Shown here piece by piece: positions 57,210-64,000 of a stretch of DNA of 64,000 nucleotides. Both the position numbers and the translations under genes were made by a program. The notes beneath the pieces are model-generated. The model ran no database searches, was not told the DNA's origin, and was given only the letters and a program-made list of their open reading frames with translations. Origin of the DNA: Blastocladiella emersonii ATCC 22665. Taxonomy: Eukaryota > Fungi > Blastocladiomycota. Each line of letters starts with the position of its first letter. Within the stretch, counting starts at the first letter, position 1. The stretch is from positions 2,108,001-2,172,000 of the forward strand of contig JANHCV010000004.1 of NCBI GenBank assembly GCA_025594325.1, given 5' to 3'.

Positions 57210-59219
57210 CTACGTCCCCGACGCGCGCCAGCGGCGCCCCGGGTCGCTCGACGCGGCAGCCAGCAGCCCGAACGCCGTGTCGCGGTTGCGCACGTGGTCG
57301 AGGACGACGACCGCGTTCCCGCTGCGCAGGTGCAGGACGAGCTGCGGGTTCTTGAACACCCACAGCGACCGCGGCGTCGCCTTCTTGATGCGCACCAGGT
57401 CGCTCAGCGCTACGCGCAGGTACACGTCGTTCTGCGCCGACCCGGAGCCCGCGGCCGCGACCACCTCGGCGTGTGTCGCGCCCGCGCGGATGCGCAGGAC
57501 GGCGGAGCGGCCGTTCCAGCTGCACGGGAACACGTCGACGCGGATCCGCTGTGCGGCCGTGGTCTCGGCGGCGCGCGCGGCGGCGGCGGGTGTCGCCGAG
57601 TCGGCCGCGATGGGTCCGACGGGCGCGCACGCGACCGGCACCGGGCGCGTCGCGGCCGCGAGCTCCTCGATGGCCCACTCGGCGTGTGTCGGGAACGGCC
57701 ACAGGACGATCTGCGTCAGGCTGAACTACACGCCCGCAACAGTCGCGAGTGAGCACACGCTCGCGCTGAACCAACGGCACAGACTAGGAGTACCATGCGG
57801 CGGTACCGCGGGAACTTGACCTGGAGCGGGAGCAGGACGAACAGGATGACGCCGACGTAGACGCCGAGCACCTTGGCGAGCACGTTGTACGAGAGGACGT
57901 GGACGAGCGTCGCCATGCCCGCGAGCTGGACCAGCATGAACAGCGTGGCGTGCGGCCGCTTCCACGTCACCATGTTGTGCAGCTTCTCGAGGATATCCGC
58001 CAGGTCGTGCACCTGCAGCTGCACCGCGGCCAGCACCGTGTCCTTGATCCCGAGGTCGGGCCGCTTGCCGGTACCTGCGCTTGCGCCGCCTGCCGCGGCC
58101 GCCCCGTGCACGGCGCTGCGCACCGTCGACGCGAGGTTGCTCCCGTACAGCGGCGACGCGTTCGGGTCGGCGAGCTGCGCGAGGAGCGCCGCGCCGGGCC
58201 CGCCGACGGCCGCCGCGGTTGCCGGGTTCTTGCGGTCCTCGACGTGTTTCGCCCGCGACGCGTCCGCGAACGCCGGCTGCCGCTGCGCGTCCAGGTACAG
58301 GCACCGCAGGCCCATGGCCGCCAGCGCGCGTTCCTGCGACAGCCCGTAGTAGGCGAGCGTCAGGACAAAGGCCGATGCGAGCAGCGACGTGGCGTGCTCG
58401 CCGAGGACCAGGGAGAAGTAGAGCGCCATGAAGAAGGCCGACTTGACGGGCGACTCCCAGAGGACTACGCCCTGCACGAACCCGAGAAACTCGGGCAGCG
58501 GTTGGAGTGCGGCGAACACGCGCTCCGCGTTCGCGCGAAGCTCGGTCCACGCAAACTGCTCGTCCTCGAGCGTGTCGACCCGGCTCGTCGCGAACGAGTA
58601 GATGTGACGCTGCAGCTCCTACGGAAGGCGGGGTGGGTGGGTGATCAGTGCTCACATCACGCGGGTCAAGGGGCGTGTGAGAACGTACCCCGCCAAGCCG
58701 CTCGGCGTGGTCCGCGAGCTGGTGCATCTTGGCGTCCCACGGCGACGACTCGGGCTCGGCGCCGACGGGCTCGCGGCGCGCGACAGCTGCGCCGGGGTCC
58801 GGGTCGGCCGCGGGCGCGACGGCCATCGCAGCGGCATCACCCGCGGCCGCCGGCGACTCCTGCTTGGCGCCGTCGCTCTCACCGCGCTGCTGCGGGTGGT
58901 GGTGGAGCAGCCGATGATGCTCGTGGTGGTGCGTCTCCTCGACGCGGTGGTGGCGCACGACGGGCGGCGGCGGGCACGACGCGACGCCGTCGGCCATGGC
59001 CTGCAGGCACGGGATCGGCGCCTCGCGCTGCACCTGCGCGACGCGGCTCAGGTCGTCCATGCGCTGCTGCCGCTGCGTGATGGTCTCGGCCGTCGTCGTC
59101 GTCGCCGTGGTCGGCGCGGCGCACCGCGGGACCGTACCGCGCGGCGGCGAGGGGGTCGCAGCGGCAGGCGGGCCGCGATGCGATGGGTGGGGTGAGGTCC
59201 ACGGTTGCGGCGGATCCAT
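57210..59219 (-). CDS. GRAMD4-like membrane protein with C-terminal GRAM/PH-like domain
   Basis: V.LWESP..SAFFM.LY, QLQVHDLADILEKLHNMVTW..P..T, hydrophobic hairpins, KFPRYR, and C-terminal RDTAF. Several introns. Confidence 0.6.
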
Positions 59220-60461
59220 GGTGGGTGGTGATTAATCGTGGATCGGTCGGCTGCTGGGGAAGAGAGCGGGCGAAGGGCGAAGCGAGCAAGGCGGGGGTGC
59301 TCGCTCGCTGATGACCAAGAGTCGCGTCACGCAGCGGTGCGCGCCGATCGCGCGGGAGATGAACATCGCGCAACGCGTGGCCACCCCACGCTCGCTCTCC
59401 CGACTTTACATGCTGCGAATGAAACTCTCGTGGATCGATGCCGGATAGAGTTGGTGCAGAACGACGGTTGCACTCGCTCACACACGCGCTGGACACACAG
59501 AACTGTCTGCAAGTGGGCGGGCGAAGCATGTCAGTGCGACCGTATGCGACCGAGGCCGCACGACACGGGGAAATTTGTACCACTCTAACCATCTTAGAGA
59601 GAGGCTTTTTGGTTCATGGAGTTGTTGTCGCTCCCGATGTACTTTTTGTGCTACATCGCTGCATGGTACGCCCGCACGGCATTACACCGTGTCCTTGGGA
59701 CAGAGCGGCCCATGTACAGAGATGCCCCGTGAACCTCGACGCTCACCCCACCTTGTCCGTTGCATCGATCCAAACAGGCTAAGCTCGTGCTGGCTCACGT
59801 GCAGAGCGCATCATCATCATCACGCTTTGTGCTTGGGCTCGTACGGGCGTCTCGGTGGCCAATCACACTTGGTCGGAGAGTCCCTCGCTTCGCTCTCTCA
59901 CATCGACTTGAGCAAACTACGCTACTCTCAGTGCATCCAATTCTCGGCGCGTTCGCAGGCGGTTGACAGACTCACTCGTCGCGTCGATCCGCCCCATCGG
60001 CAAGCTTTCCCAACACAGCCGAACTCCGCTCGCGCGCCGACGATTCCGGCGATCGCAGTACTCGTGCAGGTGCCATGAAACGTGCGTGCCGCCTGCGCGG
60101 GCGTTGCGCCTGTGAGAACGTCAGCGCGCGAGCGGGGTGCCGGCCCGCTGTGTCCGGAGTGGTGTTGATGTCGGGGGCCAGCTCGTTGTGAATGAGCAGG
60201 CAGATTTTGCGCACGAACTTTGCCTCGCGAGACGCTTGGATCTCGTTTGAGGCGGGGGCTTGTGATGTTCATTCGCACGCGGGGGCAGGACGAGAACGGT
60301 GGGACGGTGTGGCGCAGCGCGCTCCGTTTCAGGCCGCTGGGAACACCGATCGCATCACCACGGCCAGCGACCGCGGCGCGCCATCTGGAGCCAAGCGCTC
60401 AAAACCGGGGCGCGGCTCCGCAGCGCGCCCTCTCTCCCCCCGAACCTCATAGCACCACACC

Positions 60462-62472
60462 ATGGTAACCAACGATATTGCGATGTACCGTGAGGCACAC
60501 AGATGCTCACGCAGCGGTTGTAGCCGTACTCGTCACTCGCCGCGACCGAGGACCCGATCTACTACCGCTCGCGGCGGTCCGCTGTGTACTCGCGCAAGTA
60601 CATGGTGGCCGCCGCACAGCCGCTGGCGGTGGCAGCTGGTGTGCGTCTCCTCGAGCGCGGCGCCAACGCGGCTGAGGCGGCCATCGCTGTGGCGGCGGCG
60701 CTCAACGTGACGGGTGTGTTTTGTTGCTTGACTCCACGCCGACGCGACATTCACTCCATTCGACAACTTGTAGAGCCGGGCTCGTGCGGCGTTGGAGGCG
60801 ACATGTTCTGCCTCTTTTACAACGCCAGGGACAAGTCGGTGCGTGAGCTCTAGCTCATCGTACGCGCGTAAGTCACGCTCACCCGAACTCGACGCCGAGT
60901 AGATTAAGGCCGTGAACGGCAGCGGCCGCTCGCCCGCGGCGCTGACGCAGGCCCTCGCGCTCGAGCGCCACCCAGACGCGGGCGCGCGGCTTCCCGCGAC
61001 CTCGCCGCTCGGGATCACGGTGCCGGGCGCCGTCGCGGGCTGGGTCGACACGCTCGAGCGGTTCGGCACGGGCAAGATCCCGCTCGCCGACCTGCTCGCG
61101 CCCGCCATTGACCTTGCCGAGAACGGGTTCTCCGTCAGCCGCATCTCGGCGTGGCAGTGGGGCAACGCGACGGCGCGTCTGCTCGCCGCATCGCCCAACG
61201 GCGCCGAAGTCCTCCTCAAGGTCAATGGCACGCCGCGCGCGCCGCGCGAGGGCGAGACCATGTACATGCGCAACCTCGCCACCACGCTGCGCCGCATCGG
61301 CGAGCTTGGCAAGACCGGGTTCTACGAGGGACCCGTCGCCGAGGCCATTGTCGAGGTCATCCAGCAGGCTGGCGGCGTCATGTCGCTTGACGACCTCAAG
61401 CAGCACACGTCCACGTTCGAGGACCCGGTGTCCATCGTGTACGGCGGAGTGCGACTGTGGGAGTGCGTTCCCAACAGCCAAGGTACGACGATTAACTACT
61501 CAAACGAACACGCGAACGCTCACGCGAACCTGCGTAGGACTCGTGGCCCTCATGGTGCTCGGCATCCTTGACCAGGCAAACAAGCTCGGTATCATCCAGA
61601 CGCCCATCGAGGACCAGATCGCCGCCGCAGACAACGCCACCACGCCGCTGCCCGCGACTGCCGCGCACTACATGATCAACGCGTTCCGCCTCGCGTTCGC
61701 CGACGCGCAGGCCAACATCACAGACCCGTCGCTCGTCCCACCCGTCGAGACCATCGCGATGCTGCTCTCGACCGAGCACCTGCAGCAGCGTGCGCGCCAG
61801 CTCGTCGCCGACACGGCGCTCCCGGACGGCGCGCCGCGGCACTCGTCGGACACGGTGTACTTTTGCGTGGGCGACGCCGACGGGAACGCGTGCTCGTTCA
61901 TCTACTCCAACTACCAGGGCTTCGGCAACGGCGCGGTCCCGCGCGGGTGCGGGTTCACGCTGCAGAACCGCGGGTGCGGGTTCGACCTGCGCGGGACCGG
62001 CGTCAACGTGATCGCGCCGCGTAAGCGGCCGTACCACACGCTCGTCCCCGCTATGCTCACGACCAATGGCGAGGGCGGCGGGCACAACCTGCTCGCGGCG
62101 TTCGGCGTCATGGGCGGGTTCATGCAGCCGCAGGGCCACGTCCAGGTCCTCATGCAGTACCTCGCGGCGCGCAAGGCCGGCGGACGTGTCGACCCGCAGG
62201 ACGCGCTCGACGTGCCGCGGTTCTGCCTGCAGCCGGAGCAGCGGACCGCGGGGATGCCTGCCCCTGTTGACGTTGAGGACGGGCTGTTTACCGAGTCGGA
62301 CCTGGCCAATCTCCGCGCCCGTGGTCACAACCTGCGCGTAGTGACCGGTATGAGCCGCTCCGTGTTCGGTCGCGGTCAATGGGTCGGGCCTGTTCGCGAT
62401 GCTGGCGGTGCGCAGCAGGGCTGGATCGGCGCGAGTGACGGACGCGCTGATGGCTGTGCGTTTGGGTGGTGA
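60462..62472 (+). CDS. ggt: Gamma-glutamyltranspeptidase (soluble, YwrD-like type)
   Basis: MVAAAQPLA..AG..LLERGANAAEAAIAVAAALNV.EP.SCGVGGD.F, TVPGAVAGW, nucleophile SSDTVYF..GDADGNACSFI.SNY.GFG, LQNRG.GF, KRPYHT, GVMGG.MQPQGHVQ and ASDGRADG. Confidence 0.95.
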
Positions 62473-64000
62473 GATCGCTGTCCGGGCAAAATATACGTAT
62501 CATCGATTCCTTTATCACAGCATTCTCTTTTCGGCGCTGCAAGGACGGTGGAGTGCAAGGCGAGCCCGCGTCGTTCAGCTGCACGTGGGCCGGCGGGGCA
62601 TGGAACGCACCCACTGCGAGCGCCGCCGCTTCGTCTCTCGCCGACTCCCATGGAACAAGTCTGATTCGAATCGCTTACATGCATAACTTGGCGCAAACTG
62701 GTTGCAGGCGCATGTTGATGACGGTGCCCAAGACCATGGCAAAATGCAACGCTTTGGCACCACCCTCGTGAAGCGCGAGAAGCAACCTTGAACGTCACGC
62801 CCATGGCGCTCGCGTCAATCGCGACGGCGCTCAGAACCCAATCTGTTTCAACTTGATGAGGCGTTTGTGTTCCCGCGTGGTCATTTAAAGGAGCTGGAAG
62901 CTTGGTTTGCTCGGCGCGCAAGTCCGGCCCCGCGCGCGAGTTTGCGACGTCAAGTGCGACCGAGCAGGCTACTTTTATAGCAGTGTGCGATGCACAGTTG
63001 CTTGCACTAGTCATGCTACTAGGCAACTCTAAGGAGGTGTCGGCGTCATTGCCTGCCACTACAGTCACAGACCGGTACGTTCCAACCGCTCACATTCAGT
63101 GCGCCACCGTTTCCACCCCGTCCTGGACTTTCCGAGACGCTCCTGTCCATGCCAAACTGTCCGCAGACGGAAAGCACGTTTACAAACAGTGGCTAACGTT
63201 CAGACACACGAAACTTACAGGCAACACCACGGCTCAAGATCCAACACGTCGCCCATACTTGTGATACTTCTTGTGCATTCATTTCCACCCGGCTGTATCG
63301 CGGAGCTCCAGTTGATATCTCGCACACGAACACAGCTCAGGGCTTCTTCAACATCACCTTCGAGTACGGGCGAAGCCAAGCTCTCCACTACGGTAACCCA
63401 GTTCATGGGCTCGGACGAGACGGGGAAGCTTCACTTGCAGCCTCAGCGCGCTCCGATCAACCAATTCGCATGCTGCTTCAAGAGCTACACGAGCGCGGCA
63501 AGATCGACGAGACCGATTCACTTCCCAGTGTAACTTTTCCCGCTCGCGCACGACGCTGGTTACCGCAGCGCTCGCCCAGGCGCCATGAAAAGCGCGTGTC
63601 ACTTGCGCGGGCGCTGCGCAACGAATGCGCCGCTGTCGATGCGGGTGTTGGTATGCTGGAACGTGAGATCGTCGATGTCCGAACCTGTAAATAGAAGGGT
63701 GATGTTACGTACCTTGCGTGAGTGACAAGTCGAAGATCGTTGAAGGAAGAGAAGGGTCGCGATGGTCACCCGCACGTGGGCCAGGTGATGATGAAGTCAC
63801 GGTGGCCAGGCCCACGTCGGCTTGTCCTCTCACCGATCCCATGAATCTGCATTAATACGGCATGCCTGCATTTACGACTTGGCGCAACGACTTCACAGGC
63901 GTTTGTTGCAAACGGTGCTCTGCGCTAGAGGCGGCCGAGACCCGACGTGCGACGCGGCGCTCAACTCGGGAGATCAAGTGTTGTCTTGCCACTGCTGCAA

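Noticed and set aside
59300-60400. Lower-GC stretch between the GRAMD4-like and GGT genes as a gene
   Set aside because: Only short ORFs without codon bias or motifs. No consistent spliced model could be built.
1-64000. rRNA, tRNA, LTR retrotransposon or viral genes
   Set aside because: No recognisable cloverleaf, rRNA, RT/integrase or capsid motifs were seen by eye. tRNAscan or Infernal would be needed to exclude small ncRNAs.

Overview
Gene-dense, very GC-rich eukaryotic DNA with short (about 50-80 nt) GT-AG introns. It reads as fungal, and a DAAM-like formin, class A GPCRs and a GRAMD4-like gene suggest an early-diverging zoosporic lineage such as Blastocladiomycota (inference). About 24 protein-coding genes can be supported. 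They include a SUMO-like orphan, a KH RNA-binding protein, a 61-aa secreted peptide, an alpha/beta hydrolase, FAF1-like, Csm1-like, RMI1, a YvgO-like protein, an F-box protein, two head-to-head formins, two tandem BTB proteins, APC1, a TM-SH3 protein, PhoD, two tandem rhodopsin-class GPCRs, an ATF1-like bZIP, a CUE protein, a GRAMD4-like protein and gamma-glutamyltranspeptidase. The most striking structure is at 43361-47161. An apparently intact PIF/Harbinger transposon (TIRs, TTA TSD, DDE nuclease plus Myb/SANT gene) sits inside one arm of a perfect 266-bp-arm foldback. The other arm preserves the exact empty target site, and the hairpin begins 24 nt after a GPCR stop codon. Other highlights are a TATA-driven secreted peptide ending in a brevinin-like C-x5-C loop, a possible CACTA-like non-autonomous element at 1328-3742, and an intron-like segment of APC1 with a TG instead of AG acceptor. 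No rRNA, tRNA or CRISPR array was recognised. All family assignments come from motif recall, not database searches.
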